Positions 63,000 through 64,000 of a stretch of 64,000 bases of DNA are shown one piece after another; position 1 is the stretch's first letter, and the number at the start of each line of letters is the position of its first letter. The notes below the pieces were generated by a model. The model searched no databases, was not told the DNA's origin, and saw only the letters and a program-made list of their open reading frames with translations. The position numbers were made by a program, and so were the translations under genes. Origin of the DNA: Tubulanus polymorphus (taxonomy: Eukaryota; Animalia; Nemertea); NCBI RefSeq assembly GCF_964204645.1, contig NC_134033.1, positions 8,502,655-8,566,654 of the forward strand. The letters run 5' to 3'.

Positions 63000-64000
63000 T
63001 TTTAAGAAATTGGTGAACGGAAATTCACATCTCCTAAATACTCAATGTCACACACGGCTAGTTAAGCACCATAGTAATAATATCACCCTTCCCCTTTTTC
63101 TTCATTTTTTTATTATGTCCACTCTTAAACATTATATGCATATATATTTAAAAAACATATTATTTCATCAATTCTCGTATCATGTCTGACAACGCCTGAA
63201 GTAACAACGGATTTACTGACACCAGGTCGTACGTTAATTTCCGAATCTGCTCCTGATGAGACAGTGTTTCCGTTTTTAATCGAATTACCATTCACACCCA
63301 TTGTCAATCCCTCATCCTCCTCACGCTCTTCATCAGCTGGCTCTTCCTGATCAGGTGATATCATGTCATTGACATCCGAAATATCCACAGGAGTTGCATT
63401 CTCAAAATTCGCAACCTCTCCAGGAGGAACAACCTCTGGAGTGGATACATCCGCCCCCAAGTTGACATCATCGGTAGCTCCAATATCATTGAATATCATT
63501 GGAACCGTAGATGAACGGGAACCATCGCCCAGTCCTCATCCTCTGACTCTGTGGATTCTTCATTCTGATCCTCAAAGTTATTTACAGGTGGTTTATCGTC
63601 ATTTTCCGGTTGTTTCAGTTCATCTTTCCTGTTGACGAGTTTTACCGGTGCCATCCAACCGGGCTAATTTGAAGACAGGCACATGTGCTGAAACTTTATC
63701 GAGAACTTCATAGGGTTCCGATTCCCATTCATCAGCCAGTTTATGCAGTTCCTTTAATCCCTCTCTCTTTACCAACTCTACCTCACCATTTTGAGTTCCG
63801 CACCTTTAGCTTTCTGGTCGTATAATAACTTGCGATGATAACCAGTGGTCCGAAGACTCTCCTTCGCAACCTTCAAAAACAGCAAAATCCAGCTGCTGTT
63901 CCAGATGCTTTTTGTACTGGGTAGGTGAGACTGGTGCATCATCAGGACCCCACCCGTAGTACTGATCAACGGGCAATCGTGGCCTCTGGCTGAACATCAA
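63000..64000 (-). mobile_element. Ty3/Gypsy LTR retrotransposon 3' end (integrase C-terminus, PPT, degenerate LTR); continues beyond the window
   Basis: LMFSQRPRLPVD...YDQKAKGAELK...HKLADEWESEPYEV...PVFKL (GPY/F-like) with frameshifts; polypurine tract AAAAAATGAAGAAAAAGGGGAAGGG at ~63110-63086. Confidence 0.8.

Noticed and set aside
63125-63499. 124-aa acidic ORF as a host gene
   Set aside because: It lies between the Gypsy integrase and the polypurine tract on the same strand, consistent with the low-complexity pol tail.

Overview
Eukaryotic, AT-rich animal genomic DNA. The repeat content looks like a marine invertebrate (lophotrochozoan or ambulacrarian), but the species cannot be determined from this window. 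The only host gene found is the DNA polymerase alpha catalytic subunit (POLA1) on the + strand. I traced 21 internal coding exons (12020-58629, 2765 nt, about 922 codons). All have GT-AG boundaries with mutually consistent phases, and they run from the N-terminal histone-binding/CIP-box region to polymerase region II ([10 protein letters not shown]). The ATG-bearing first exon was not located, and the gene continues past 64000. Almost all remaining sequence is transposable elements, often nested several deep. Retroelements: Penelope (RT + GIY-YIG), a CR1-group LINE, BEL/Pao, Gypsy, and an internally deleted DIRS1 element with intact ITRs and ICR. DNA and rolling-circle elements: several Helentron-type HINE families with ~145-bp internal satellites, a 3-copy non-autonomous Helitron, Tc1/mariner(pogo/Tc2)-, Kolobok-, piggyBac-, Harbinger- and MULE-type MITEs, and a set of hAT-like elements with 5- or 6-bp rather than 8-bp target-site duplications. 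I found no prokaryotic-type system (CRISPR, operon, etc.) and nothing I can claim as a new biological system. The most interesting signals are structural features of the mobile elements.
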